A stretch of 64,000 nucleotides of DNA from Octopus bimaculoides. Its lineage: Eukaryota. The stretch is taken from contig NC_068989.1 of NCBI RefSeq assembly GCF_001194135.2, positions 36,571,023 to 36,635,022 of the forward strand, written 5' to 3'. The notes under the pieces are model-generated. The model ran no database searches and had not been told where the DNA came from. It was given only the letters and a program-made list of their open reading frames with translations. The translations under genes and the position numbers were made by a program. This document shows, piece by piece, positions 37,240 through 51,045 of the stretch (positions within the stretch are counted from its first letter, which is position 1; each line of letters starts with the position of its first letter).

Positions 37240-38670
37240 TGTTTTCAAAACATCAAACTTAGGATCCATAATTGCTTCCTCCAATAGATGCAAACTTCAC
37301 TGCCTGAGTTTAGACTCTATGATCTATCCCCTTAAACCCCACTCCAATCTGCTTAGTAGCAATAATACAACCTTTAGAAACCCCATCTGATTCAATAACA
37401 CCAACCTAATGCTACTCCCCATACTACTACCAATATGACCACGTATAGCAGCAGTGACACCCCCTCACCTGTACAGATAACACCTGCACTTTGATGGTGA
37501 CTGACTATACGAACCAGACATTTCTGGGGATCAATTCCAACCCAACTGCAGGCAGGGAAGCCTGCAAATGTTGGATGTCTTAACCCTGCCCCCTTGGAGG
37601 TTTCTGTATATGCAAAAATGTAGTCTACAAATGCTGGATGGTAACAATATGCTTCCATCGGGCAAGAGTCTATATTAGTGGCACTGTTGATTTCAAGTGT
37701 TGCTTCTGAGCACACATAAATACTTTCTCCAATCGAACTCTAAATAATCTATATCTCTAGCAACTTACACAACCTCACGTCCCAAAACATTCCTTACACC
37801 CTATCCTGGTCCATTATCTCTAAGGATCCCCCTATAGAACACTGTAAACTGTGTTTATGGGAGTTTCTTGCCATCCTTTGCAACCACAATCCCTCATTAC
37901 TTAATAGAATCTCAGATGTAATCCTTTCATGTAAACACAAATTCTACTCATCATTTACCCATTATGTAAAATCTATGAAATTCCCAAATAACAATACAAC
38001 CTTAAGTTACAACTTAGCTGCTCTAGCAACATATCCCTTCTACTTACACCACTCCTATTATATGTATCTCTCTTACTATTCCCTTTGCACTTTCCTCTTA
38101 CTCAGTACATTCTCCTTTACCACCACTCCATCTTCATACTTTGAACTCCTTCTCTTTCTAGCTTTTTTCACCAGAACCATTTAGCACTACCTATCCCTTG
38201 CTCTTCACTTCATTACCAATCTACCCCTCCTTCCTACTTCAGCACTCTCCCTCTGCTGCCAGCCCATCTTTATTCCTTGAATTCTCCCATTGCCACCCTA
38301 CTGCGTCTATAACTGGATCCCTTCCTTCCAATTTTAATACTCATCCTTCCCTTTCTCAGTTCTATAGCCCCACCATCCCTAACTATTAACACCTATTGTC
38401 AAACCCAACAAGGACCACTCCTCACAATGCTATGCATCTCCTAACTCTCCACTTACCTCAATACCCTGATCACTTAGCCCCACTTTTTTCCTGCTCTGAC
38501 TCTCTTCTTGCCTCAACACTCCCCACACCCATCTTGAGCCACTTCTGTTGGCCTTCCTCTTCACCCACTCTACCTTTAAATTTCCCTGCATTATGATTTG
38601 AAATGTTAGATACCTATCTCTTCACCCTGAAGATGGAGATTGGATATACCTAATGTTTATATACTTCCAC
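37240..38670 (+). mobile_element. Penelope-like element, GIY-YIG region and C-rich 3' repeat (copy 2, longer)
   Basis: CPLGGFCICKNVVYKC at ~37590, then the same C-terminal block as 16450-16935, then a C/T-rich tail. Confidence 0.75.
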
Positions 38671-38959
38671 TACTGGTTGCATCATCAATCATCCTTGTCG
38701 TTTAATGCCTGCCTTCCATGCTAGCATGGGTGGGATGGTTTCACAAGAGCTGGCCGGGCAGAAGCCTGCACCAGACTTCTGTGACTGTTTTGGCAGAATT
38801 TTTACAGCTGGATGCCCTTCCTAACACCAACCACTCAGCAGAGTGGGCTTAGTGCTTTTTATGTGGCACAGGCGAGGTCAGTTTTGGCAAGGTTTTTACA
38901 CACTTTACAGTGTAGACTGGGTGCTTTTAAGTGGCACCCACACTGACAGGGTCAACAAG

Positions 38960-39830
38960 TACTTGCAAGAAATAAAATTTTCAAACTTTCAAGAGGGGAG
39001 GGGGCATTGAAGGAGGTGATCTTGTGTTGGATGATGAAAGATTTTAGTGAGACAGAAGCAGATGTCTTGCTGTAGAGGAAGTACAGGGTTACCCGGCCGG
39101 GGAGAGAGAGATCAGGAATAAAAGCAGAAACAGGTGCGCTACTGCAAAGGTAACCCAACTTGAGGGAAGTGCAGGAGGAGAGTGGGAGACAGCAGGATAG
39201 AGATGGAGGCAAAATGCCGAGCATACTCACAAGGGATGAGGATAAGAATATAAATGGGAAGGTTGAGTAAAGGAAGAGAGATATAATGGTAGCAAGTGCC
39301 AGGGCATACCCTTGAGATTCGAATGCCATAATATAAGTGGCAGGATATTGTGAAGGAAGTGTGATTAAAGAGTGCAAGGGGGAGGTGCGGTGAGTGGTGA
39401 AGACCTGGGTATATATAGAGTCGGTGGCTACCAGATAGCAATGATACAGAGGAACAGGGCCAAGAAGACAGGATTGGGGAGTGAGAGCTAGGTATAGTGT
39501 ATGAAGGAGGAAATGTGAGGAAGAGATGTAGAGATGTAGTTTGGTTTGTTGTGGCAGAACGTGTAAGAAGTTTTGTTATATGTGGGTGGAACACATGTCA
39601 GAGGCTAGCAGATAGCAATAATACAGTGAGACAGGGCATGTGGGTGGAACATATAGATTGAGAGCTAAGGGAGAGCAATGATACAGTGGCACAGGGTCAA
39701 GAAGACAGGATTGGGGAGTGACAGCTAGGTATAGTGTATGAAGGAGGAAATGTGAGGAAGAGATGTAGAGATGTAGTTTGGTTTGTTGTGGCAGAACGTG
39801 TGAGAAGTTTACTTGTTAAGTGGTTTTATT
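38960..39830 (-). repeat. Purine-rich interspersed module (copy 2) with an internal direct duplication
   Basis: Matches 16945-17450. The block GACAGGATTGGGGAGTGA...GGCAGAACGTG occurs twice (about 39468-39570 and 39705-39805). Confidence 0.7.
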
Positions 39831-42549
39831 AATTTATTTGCTTCATTATCTCCATATTTGCTTGCCTGGATTCCTCTTATAGCCATTCTTTACCCTGTAG
39901 ACTTAGTCCTCAGTAAAGGTTTTGTAGTGTAAGTTCAAATCAATTGAGTGCCACTAATTGATTTCTATACTGAGCTTCTCTGGATTTCATCAGTTGACTC
40001 TATGCACACACAAACACACATGCATGTACGCACACACATTAAGGGACTTCTTTCAGTTTCTGTCTGCCAAATCCACTCACCAGGCTTTTGTTGGCCCATG
40101 GATGTAGTGGAAGATATTTATCCAAGATGCTATGAAATGGGACTGAATTCAAAACCAAATCTCTATATAGCCATCTGAATAAAGCACCAAAATGAGAGTT
40201 CAATCAACAAATACTGGGAAATATGAGTTTCAAGAGGTTGTGAACTACAATAGTACTAAAACAAGAATCAAGAAGTCAGGTTGGTGACAAGTTGCTCACA
40301 AAGAAGATCAACAAGTGTACATTTATGAGCCTCTCACAGCTGCTATTACTTTATTGTTGGCAAACATAACTCTAACCAGATTGTTTAGTTAATGACACCC
40401 TAAAATGGTGCATGAGATCCATTTACTTTGACCAACAATATGGCAACAAGAAGAGATAAGGTAGAAAGTTAATTCAACATCTTTTATCTTTTACTTGTTT
40501 CAGTTATGCTGGGGCACCACCCTGAAGAATTTTTAGTTGAATGTACCAACCCCAGTACTTATTGCTTTTTTAAAGCCTGGTACTTATTCTGTCGGTCTGT
40601 TTTGCCAAACTGCTAAGTTACAGAGATGTAAACACACCAGCACCGGTTGTCAAGTGGTGGTTGTGGAAAGGACAGACACAACAACACATACATACTTGTA
40701 GATGATGGGCTTCTTTCAGTTTCTGTCAACCAAATCTACTCACAAGGCTTTGGTCAGCCCGAGGCTATAGTAGAAGACACTTGCCCATGGTGCCACAGTG
40801 GAACTGAACTCCAAACCATGTGGTTGGGAAGCAAGCTTAACCAGTATGAATGAGCTGAGACTTTTTTGTTATTACATCATAGTTGCTATGTATTTATTTG
40901 TTTGCAGATATATTAACATTTTCAACTGACAACTTCATTAAAAGAAGGTTTTGTTTGTGAATGAAAGAAACAGACTTGAAGACAAATATTTGATGAAAGC
41001 TAATTGAAATGATAGGTGTGATTGTGTGGTGAGAAGTTTGCTTTCAAACAACATGGTTTTGGATTCAGTTCCAGTGTGGCACCTTTAGCATGTGTCTTCT
41101 ATTATTCCAGGCCAACAAAAGATTTGTGAGTGGATTGGGTAGCTGGAGACTGAAAAAAGTCTGTTATATACATAGCTATGTGTGTGTACGCATATGCATT
41201 ATGACATCCTTACCTCGACACTGTATGATAGTCATAAAATGAGTGCCACTGTCATGCATATAGTGTCCTTTCTTTCTGAACTTCCATAAGAATATGATCA
41301 TAGAAAAATTCACCTGAGGGTTGGTGATAGGAAGGGCATCTGCCTATAGAAAATTCCATCCAACCCACACAAGGATAGAAAAGTGGACATTAAAACAACA
41401 ATGATGATGATGATAATGGTGAGAGCAAATAAATCCAAGATGATACTGCTGCTGCTTAACATCCATCCCTCATTCTCATCTAGTCCTACACTATTTTCCT
41501 CTGATCCCTGCTCCTTTTCTGTGCCTTCAGTTATCTCTCCCTTCTCTCTGAGCTACATCTTAGAGCTGCCATGTGACATCTTTAACACTTCTCATATCTG
41601 CCATTGATGTTTCTTCCCTTCACTGTTGTCACCCCACTCACTATATTCACCCCTATGTACCTCTGTTGTCCATCTTCCTCCCCACCGCACTTACTCTCTG
41701 CACATCATGACCCTACTTTCTGATGTATCTACAAGTTTATGACACAGTTTCTCTTCTCCCTTCCTGTGCTATAACTTCTCAGCTCCCATTTCCTGCATCA
41801 CTTCTATCTCTCTCACCTTCCCCCTCTCTATATATTGATGTTTATCATCAGCCATACTGCCACCCCTTGTTCATCATTCACAATATTTAAGCTTACCCCT
41901 ATCTCTGTCACTTTCCTCTTACACTCTAATGAAATTACCCACCCTCTTCCCCCTCCAATCCCTTGTCCTTATCCTCTCTTATACTCACCTTCTTGCACCT
42001 TGAGAATATGCTTTGTCACCTCATCACCACCATCTTTATCCTTTTTCCAGCTATTCACATCCACCCTCAGATAATGCAGGGTAGCCATGTATCTCTTCTA
42101 TGGCAAGACATCTGTGCTTGTTCCTCTGTGATACTTTAGCCTCTCAACATCTGGTATAAAGCTACCTCTTTCTCTCTCAAATACATTCTGAGTCAGTTAA
42201 GGAGGCTGTTTTTATTCATCTTGCAAGGTGACCTCATTAGTGCCGGTGTCACAAAAAAAAACAACAAGGAAAAAAAATCACCCATAACACACTGTAAAGT
42301 AGTGTTTAGGAAAAGCATCCCGCTATAGAAACCATGCCAAAGCTGACGGTAGAGCTTGATGCAGTCTTGTGGCTTATTAGATCCTGTCAAACTATCCAAC
42401 TCATGCTAGGATGGTAAACAGATATTAAATGATGGTGATGGAGGTGAAGGGTTAATAACTGACAGAGTGAAACTGTTGTGTGCACACATGATGTTGCAAA
42501 TATTAGAGCATTCATGATATGATCTTGTAAAAAGAAGGTAAAAAAATTT

Positions 42550-44170
42550 GTAAAATGAACATTGTGATATTTTATTGACCATTAATTAATGGACTAATTT
42601 CATTGAAGGGGTGTATGCTGCCATAATTTATAATTTCATTATGGAGGTATATACGAACATCATGCGTATATGCCAAATTTAGGTTTAAAAATCTGATGCA
42701 GGATTCATAGGTTTAAAAAAATATTTTAAATATTTAAAAAATTAATAAAACATTTTATTTCGAGCAAAGTCTATCACAAGTAGCCACAGAGTTTAATATT
42801 TTGTATTACTATACAGCTGACATCTGTATTACTATACAGTTACAAGGCCACAGTCTTTAATATCTATTACTATACATCTGACAGCGTTACAGTCTTTAAT
42901 ATCTGTATTAGTATACAGCTTATGGGGGAGAAGGGAATGAAGATTGCTCAGGCAGACTGAAGCTAGGATATTTTCTCTTGTACTCATCTCTGAGTAGTGT
43001 GATTGTACTCCTTTGTGAATTTCCAGCTTCAAAAAGGAAAATTGCTAAAAAAACAATATCAATGATCAATAAACTGCACATTACTTCTACCGAAGCAGAG
43101 TATTTCTGTCCAAATAGAAAATATTGATGTCACCAACATTAATGTCTCTGTCTGTGAATAGTGAAGTGAATGAGCCATCTAAAATGATACACAACTGACT
43201 TCTGTTCCTTGGGAGGAGATGGTTATCTTTCAGTTAAAAATTAAACAAGTGCTTTCTGCAAAAATAATTAGCTTTAGAAAGGGTATTCAATCACTAGTAA
43301 AAGCATTACTTTAAAAAGCTCTGTTTAAACACATGGAACATTAAAAAAAATAAGAATGATGATGTTAATGGTAATAGTTCTGTGGAGAGGAATGGACTGA
43401 AGCAGTGCCACTCAATGCAAAAAACTCCCCCCTCCCTAAAAAAAAAAACGAAACAAAACAAACAAAAATGACTTGATTAATATAACCAAGATATGAATGT
43501 CTGAAATTAGAATGATTTGAAAAAACATTATAACAATAATATGCTTACAGTAACCTATTTGTATAGCAAAAACAAACTACACAAATACTTTTGATTCATA
43601 AGAAATATTTATGTATATATAATAATATATACATATATGGCTTGCAAAATAAACACTCTATACAAAATTTACAAATCCAACCATACTTGTTAAATTTTAC
43701 TTGCCATTCATGCACATAATCACACACACACACACAAAACCCACCCACCCATTTTATGAGTATTTTAAAGATTGAAGTCCCTGTCATCAAGGAAATATTT
43801 AAGCACATTTCAGGACAAAATACCTGTAACAAAGTGTGAATTTTATCAAACTAATTACTTGGCCAAATTTAAACAAAGGAAAATAAAATAAAACAAAATT
43901 ATATATCGTTTCCAAATTTTTCATAGCCCTTTGGTATGGATTTTGATTGGAGAGTGGCCTAATTAGCTGGTAATATTGACAACAGATTGTTTGTAGGTTG
44001 TGCTGAAAGGTGTGAACAACTATTTGTCTATCCCTTGTTTTATCACATTATGCCTGCACTTCAGAGGGCAAACAATATTTATCCTCTGGGTGCAGAGTTC
44101 AGGAAACTTGCACAGATCTGAGTGGATGAAATCCTGACATCGTTCTGTAATTATTTTCAAACTGTTTTTG
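42550..44170 (-). other. Probable Shc 3' UTR
   Basis: Stretch downstream of the stop with no recognisable SINE/LINE copies. Minus-strand AATAAA signals appear as TTTATT at 42754-42759 and 42571-42576. The true end is not determinable. Confidence 0.45.
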
Positions 44171-44299
44171 TCATTTATTACAAACAACTGGTTCTAAAAG
44201 ATGAAGTTCTGTGCCTTGTGTTAAAATTGGAAAATGATTATCCTTGTGATAATTTACAAGATGACTAATACTGTCAAATTTACAATCCTTTGTTCGGAC
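44171..44299 (-). CDS. SHC1: Shc terminal coding exon, end of SH2 to stop (not in the ORF track)
   Basis: VRTKDCKFDSISHLVNYHKDNHFPILTQGTELHLLEPVVCNK* matches Shc VRTKD..F.S.SHLI.YH..N..PI. Acceptor CTCTTTCAG; TGA at 44173-44171. The seven exons total 1020 nt, or 340 codons. Confidence 0.95.
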   Translation of the reverse strand, partial: VRTKDCKFDSISHLVNYHKDNHFPILTQGTELHLLEPVVCNK

Positions 44300-45297
44300 C
44301 TGAAAGAGAATAAAGAAGAGTTAAGGTAAAACTGGGACACAATTTCATCACCAAATATGAATAAAAAATTTGAATAAAAATAAAAAGAATGAATAGAGAC
44401 ATTTAATTTATTAAGTTTATGCATTTGTTTTACAAGATTCTTGATGTGAAACCACAAGTTGAAACAGATATTGTTATATTTGGGGATGATCATTTTTGTC
44501 TTTTTACCAATTAATCACATGCACTATATATTTGTTCTTCACTTCAGCTTTATTATTATTCGTATTTTAGTGTCCATTGTCTCAAATCTTTCATCACACA
44601 TTCTGTGACTTCTTCAGTGGCTATTTAGTCCTTTCTGGCTGAAAGACAGAATGGACTTAACAACAGAAGGGGACATGTAGGATGGAGAGTCACTGAAGTA
44701 CACGTGGTTAATTGGCAAAAGAAAAAAAATGACCATCCCCAAATTTAACAATATATTTAATTTATATTATGCGAAAATTATAAAATACAAAATTCTTTTG
44801 AAATTCACAAGGGAGCTTTTAAATTAATTGAGAAAAATTCCTTATCTATTTTATAGAAGTTGGGGATAAACAAAAAAAAAGTCAATTCCGGTGTCAATTG
44901 AATCTGTAAGCCATAGGCACTGATTGTGTTTGGTTTAATGCCAAACCAATTTTTATACAGAGAGAGAGTTGAATCAGATCCAGTGTAATGCTAGTAGTTG
45001 TGAAGAATAAAAGACAAAAGCAACACTCAGGGAATTTGAACTGATAGACTTGAAATTAAATATAATGTATTTAGTCAAGTACTCTGTTGTCTCAACGAAT
45101 TCAATAACGCTTATAAACCTTATACACACATATATGGTGTGGCTGTGTAGTAAGAAGCTTGCTTCCTAACCATATGGTTCCAGGTTCAGTCCCACTGTGT
45201 GGCACCTGGGGCAAGTGTCTTCTACAGTAGCCTCGGGATGACCAAAGCCTTGTGAGTGGATGTGGTAGATGGAAACTGAAAGAAGCCCATTGTGTGC

Positions 45298-45341
<44 letters not shown>

Positions 45342-45484
45342 CTTTGTGTTTGTCCCCCAACACTTCTTGAGAACTGCGGAATAAAAGATAATCAGATGGG
45401 GTAATATACAGCATTAACATTCCTCACACTTTCTATTACGCTGTTACCTTCATTGAACTCATAAAGCAAAATATGCTGAATATG

Positions 45485-45685
45485 TTTCTTTGTCACTTCC
45501 ATTATAGCTTTGGAAAAATAACTGTTAAAATCGAACTGCACTCTTCAAAACTTACACTGAGAATAAATACAAGGTAAAATTACTACCTGCTTCTGTATCA
45601 AGTTGATGCAGGCAGTTTATCCCATCCCTTCCGACTTTTAGCTAATGCAGTTGAAAAAAAACACATTATTCATGGGATGATCCAA
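45485..45685 (-). mobile_element. 5' end fragment of the same mariner family
   Basis: Reverse-complement similarity to about 10286-10480, ending in the TIR ATTATTCATGGGATGATCCAA followed by TA. Confidence 0.8.
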
Positions 45686-46119
45686 TATATACATATTTTA
45701 TTTTTGATTTTTGATTTTGATTATTAACGCTCATACTTGAAAATGTAAATATATTTAAATTCAGTCTTTTTTTTGATCTGTGAATCCTCAAATATCAAAA
45801 ATTACACTGAAGAGATTCTTACCCACAATCAATGGATTTTTATAATTTAATTATGGGTAAGAATCGAAACAATTTTATGTAATTTGTATTTCACATTTAT
45901 TAATTATTTCATATATTTTATGATAAGAATATAATATAATATTTTGTTAATAAATTTTAATTTTGAATTGACAATTATATATCTCCATTTTCTTTCCATT
46001 TTTATAAATTTAATATATACACATGTGAATTGTTAAATTTTTCTCTACTAAATTGGGTATTAAACAGCTGAGCCAGTGAAAAAGTAGATGTTTTCATCCC
46101 TATTTTCCTTGTACTGAAT

Positions 46120-46150
<31 letters not shown>

Positions 46151-47392
46151 AAACAAGAGCCTCTCCATTATGATTTGACAATCTATTTTTCTCATTTCCT
46201 TTTTTTGTATGATGTTTACTTAATTATTTAAAAAAAAAAGAAGTTTTTCATCTTTAATTATCCATACAGTGGTTTTATAAATTTAAATGTCAAAATGAAG
46301 AAATTTTACAGCTGGCTGCTCTTTCAAGCAACAAACAACTGAGCCATGAACTCTGAGTGGAAACTAATCTTCAGCTATGTAATTGCTATGAAATCATTGT
46401 TAACTTCCAGTCTATGTGTCCTTTGGTATACAGTAGTTAAGGCTGTCAGCCACCATTTGCAATAATTGTGACCTCGTTCCTTGAATCATGAAATTGAATA
46501 TTTGGACTCAATAAAACAATTTATTTTTTCAGTAACACAGTCTCTAATCCTAACAATTTAACTCAAGTGTTTTCCAAAACAATTATTTTCCATATTTGAG
46601 CCAGAAATTCCTCTAGTCAAATACAACTACAGGAAAAGTTTCTTCAGACAGAAAGCTTTGATGACATGTCATTAGATACATGCACAGAAAAGACACACTG
46701 GTAAACTACATTCCTAAATTTTCTAACAGAATTCTCACAAGGATTTGGTCAGCCTTATGGAGCTCTAAGTTTCTGTGTCTTTCCAGTATGGTGGTCATAA
46801 TAATAATAATAATAATCCTTTCTACTGAAGGCACAAGACACAAAATTTGGGGGGAGGGGACCAGTCGATTACATTGACTCCAGTGTTTCACTGGTACTTA
46901 ATTTATCAACATTGAAAAAACTCAGGATGTAAAGATGGACAAAATGCCGCAAAGCATTTTATCTGGCATGCTAACATGATTATATTGACCCCAGTACTCA
47001 ACTGGTACTTATTTTATTGACTCTAAAAGGATGAAAGGCAAAATTGACCTCAGCGGAATTTGAACTCAGAATGTAAACACAAATGAAATATTGCTAAGCA
47101 TTCTGCATGGCGTGCTAACGATTCTGCTAGCTCACCACCTTAATAATAATAATAATCCTTTCTACCATAGGCACAAGGCCTGAAATTTGGGGGAGGGGAC
47201 TAGTCGATTACATTGACCCCAGTACTCAACTGGTACCTATTTTGTAGACCCCCAAAAGATGAAAGACAAAGTCGACGTTGGTGGAATTTGAACGTGGAAT
47301 AATAATGATAATAATAATGACTTTTGCATCTGAAATACAGAAAAATAACAACATTCATATGAGAAATAAAAAAAAAATGAAAAATAACTTAC

Positions 47393-47524
47393 CACACCCT
47401 CAGGATCAATCAGTAATAAATGTTTCACCCCAGCTGAATGTCTGCCACTCAAGACAAATTGACCTTGTGTAGTGGTACTCTCCCTCACTAAGAAATCTCC
47501 TTCATGTTCCAATAATAATTCAGC
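47393..47524 (-). CDS. SHC1: Shc exon, SH2 core
   Basis: [44 protein letters not shown] has an intact FLVRES phosphotyrosine pocket and KHLLL.DPEGV. Acceptor TACAG, donor GTAAGT. Phase 0 in and out. Confidence 0.96.
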
Positions 47525-48177
47525 CTGTATATCAAAAGATATAAAAACGATCATGCTTATAACACATCAAAATATTTATTTATATATATTTTTTACTTGC
47601 TTCAGTCAATGGACTTCAGCCAAACTGAGAACCACCTTGAAGGATTTAGTCAAAGAAATCGTCTCCAGTGCTTATTCTAATAGTCTTCCTCTTGCTGAAC
47701 TTCTAAGTTACAAGGATGTAAACAAATGAATACTGATTGTGCAGTGTTGGCAGGGACCACACAGATACACACAAACAATGTGTTTCTTTCAGTTTCCATA
47801 CATCAAATCCAGTTACAGTGCTTTGGTCAGCCCAGAGCTATAGTAGAGGACACTTACCCAAGGTGACACACAATGGGACTGAACCTGAAGCCATATGGCT
47901 GGGAAGCAAACTTAACCACACATCCACATCTGCACCTCACAGCTGTGTCTTGCCAATGAAAATAAAAATACATGTGCAAAGGATAATGTCACTACACTAG
48001 CATTACCTACTAATTTACAACAGTTAATAGAGAATAAAGATCTGTGAGTACTGCCTCTAATCAACTGACTAATTAAGAAACATCACAACTATGTTACAAG
48101 TTATTGCTTATAAAAGTTCTGCTCAATGTTACCACCGTAACTTCTTTAGCAATGGAGCATTATCAGTGTGAACTCAC

Positions 48178-48344
48178 CTCTTTTCTGTTTAAAGGACCAT
48201 GATACCATTCTTCATATACTGGAGCAAGCACTGCAGGAATCTCATCTTTATTAATCATTGCTGCCTGCATACTTTCTTCGGGTGCTGGTGCTGGTGGTGG
48301 AGGTTGCGTCATTGATTCGTTTAAAAGACACGTTTCAAATGGTT
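48178..48344 (-). CDS. SHC1: Shc exon, end of CH1 and start of SH2
   Basis: (Q)PFETCLLNESMTQPPPPAPAPEESMQAAMINKDEIPAVLAPVYEEWYHGPLNRKE contains the SH2 start WYHG..R.E. Acceptor CCTTTAG, donor GTGAGT. Confidence 0.93.
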
Positions 48345-48608
48345 CTAAAGGAAAACATAAAGCAAAACCATCGATAAGAAACAGACCAAAAGGTAGATCC
48401 AAGATAAATCATACCATCTACATCCGTCTAACACTACCACTTGTGCCACTAGTATTGCGATACTAATAACCTGGAGTTAGAACTCAATATACATATGCTT
48501 AAGAACTTAGGATAACAAAGGAATAAACAATAATGAAATTGATAACATAATTGCTCATTCCTTTGTCATCCCAATTCCTTTTATATATGTATATATAATA
48601 ACATAAAT

Positions 48609-48639
<31 letters not shown>

Positions 48640-48640
<1 letters not shown>

Positions 48641-49990
48641 CTCCCCTCACCACTAACCACACCGCCCTTGCCAGAGCACGTTTCGAGGACCATGCATCTG
48701 CTCTCTTCTCCCGAACCTGCCCCACCGTCTCCTGTTTCCCCTCACCTACACCCCNNNNNNNNNNNNNNNNNNNNNNNNNNNNNNNNNNNNNNNNNNNNNN
48801 NNNNNNNNNNNNNNNNNNNNNNNNNNNNNNNNNNNNNNNNNNNNNCCCCACCTCTCCAACGCACCATTCTCTGAGCCTTCCAGCGACTCCAGTCCGACCC
48901 CTCCACTTCGCACATTTTCTCTAACTGACCCCGCCTCTCCTTCAAACGAGCTCACAACCTACGAGACCACTTAGTCCACAGCTTCTTCCCTAACCCAACT
49001 CGTTCCCCTGCTCCCACCCATGCTCCGCACTTGCCCTTACCTCTCCAACATCACCCTCCTCACAGGCACCCACCATTGACCCTATCACATCACTGACTCC
49101 TTCACCTGCATTTCTACCAATGTCATCTACTGCATCTCCTGCTCTCTCTGCCCTTCTCTATACATCAGGCAAACGGGACACCGCTTGGCTGACCAGTTCG
49201 CGGAACACCTCCAAGACATCTGACTTGGCAATGACACCCCGGTCTCGCACCATTTCTGCTTTACTGGTCACTCTTTGCAACACCTGTCTGTGTTCGGATT
49301 GTCCTTGCACACGGGCCATCCGGACTCCCGTTTGCACCATGAACAGGGATCAATATTCTCTCTTCGCTCCACATTGGCTCACCTCTTCATCTAACCTCCT
49401 CCCCTCACACCCACCTGTCCTCTCTTGCTCAGACTCCTACTTCTTCTCTTGACTCCTACTCTCCTTCTCTCTTCTCTTCACTCCTACCCATCTCCTCCTC
49501 CCCCTGCGCTCATAACCCCACCCCATCCCTTACACCCACTCCGACATATCCCACCTCTCAACACCATCACACCACACCACTATACTACCATACCACACAA
49601 CACATCACATCATACCACCAGGTACACACTAGCACTGACCAATTCCCAGCCCCACATCTTCACACCTACACATACACACACACATGTCAAGGTCACCAGC
49701 CCTCTTCCACATGCACATACATACTCTCTTATACACACGCACGCGCACCTTTGTTTTGGGATCACCACTACTTTATTATCTCCCCTTCTTCCTAGCTCTC
49801 CTGTGTGACCCTTCTGTCCAGCATTCGCCATGATAGATCACTAGCCACAACATATTCTTTATTTTCTCTCCTTGTTTCTTTCTGTGGAAGAGTGTAGGCT
49901 CAAAACACTAAAGACTTTTTCACTTTCCGAGTGTTAAACTAATACATCTGTTTGTTGTCTACACCACCTGTCTTTGTCTTTTTGTGAATC
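48640..49990 (+). mobile_element. Penelope-like element, thumb/GIY-YIG endonuclease and 3' region, in an Shc intron (antisense)
   Basis: ITDSFTCISTNVIYCISCSLCPSLYIRQTGHRLADQFAEHLQDI at ~49090-49222 fits GIY-YIG motifs VIY...LYIGQTGR.L..RF.EH. Spans a 91-nt gap. Confidence 0.88.
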
Positions 49991-50007
49991 CCCACCCNNN
50001 NNNNNNN

Positions 50008-50044
<37 letters not shown>

Positions 50045-50292
50045 AGCTCATATGCATTAATATTTGCTTGCATGCTAGAAAGATGTTGATATTTGATGTA
50101 GGAGGTGTATATGATTCTCCAGTTGTATCAATATGCAATTTATATTAGATATGTGAATATCTGTTAAAGTCTGAAGTATATATGGATTTCTATGAGAGAG
50201 AGAGAGAGAGAGAGAGAGAAGCAGATTTCCTTTCACTATACCAACAAATATAACATCAATGTAATCATAACAGAGAATTATGTCAGACTTAC

Positions 50293-50439
50293 GCATATCA
50301 AATGGGTCAAGTGCACCATTTGTCCATCCTGGGTCTTGCGGTGAATCAATAAAGTCTGTCGATTTATCTGTTTCAGATTTTATATTTTCAGCGGAATCAA
50401 ACAGTAGAATAGAATTCATATTAGCAAAAGCTGCCATAG
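50293..50439 (-). CDS. SHC1: Shc exon, CH1 region ending in DPFDM
   Basis: (S)MAAFANMNSILLFDSAENIKSETDKSTDFIDSPQDPGWTNGALDPFDM+C, continuing as DPFDMQPF (compare the Shc DLFDMKPF motif). Acceptor TTTTAG, donor GTAAGT. Phase 1 in and out. Confidence 0.9.
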
Positions 50440-50799
50440 CTAAAATTAAAACAAACAAGAAAATAAAAATGTTTATCTTTTTTTAAAATTTGCATATGTA
50501 TTTGGGTGGTGTATTGGCTGAACCATTAGAGAGTTGGATACAAGGCTTTGTTGTATAGTCCAGGTTCAAACCTCACTTGGGTTGATTTTTACTTTCCATG
50601 CTTCCGTATTGATATATTGAAATCCTAGTCAAGTACTAGGATCATTTTAATCAATTATCTCCCTCTAAATTTATAGGCTTGTGTTAATGTTAGATATTAA
50701 TATTTCAATACAAATATATAAATGTAGACTTTTTGCTCTTCAAATGATTGTATAGAGAGTAATATTACAGCAGAAATTATATAAAATAATCAGTGAATG

Positions 50800-51045
50800 T
50801 AACCCTTTTGATATAAACTTTTGAAGTTTGAATCACAGAAACAGAGACCACCTCTGGTTCTGTGATACAAGCTTCTTGTTTTAAAGTGATCTAAACTAAA
50901 ACTTTGCATCAAAATTTCATATTCATATTCCATAAACCAGCTTAATAACAACAAAGTTATTTTCCTAAATCTAACCTCTTCATTTTCAAAATTCATTAAA
51001 ACAGAGTCAGTGTATTTCAGCAGAAATATGATAATGAAAGAGTTA
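50800..51045. mobile_element. piggyBac-type MITE (family 2), degenerate
   Basis: AACCCTTTTGATA start, internal similarity to 12685-12828, decayed right end AAAGAGTTA. Confidence 0.6.

Noticed and set aside
47237-47392. ORF-track extensions of Shc exons beyond their splice sites (for example VSYFSFFF..., MFVLIL..., MIGSWCV...)
   Set aside because: Intronic read-through past canonical donors and acceptors; Shc similarity stops at the splice sites.
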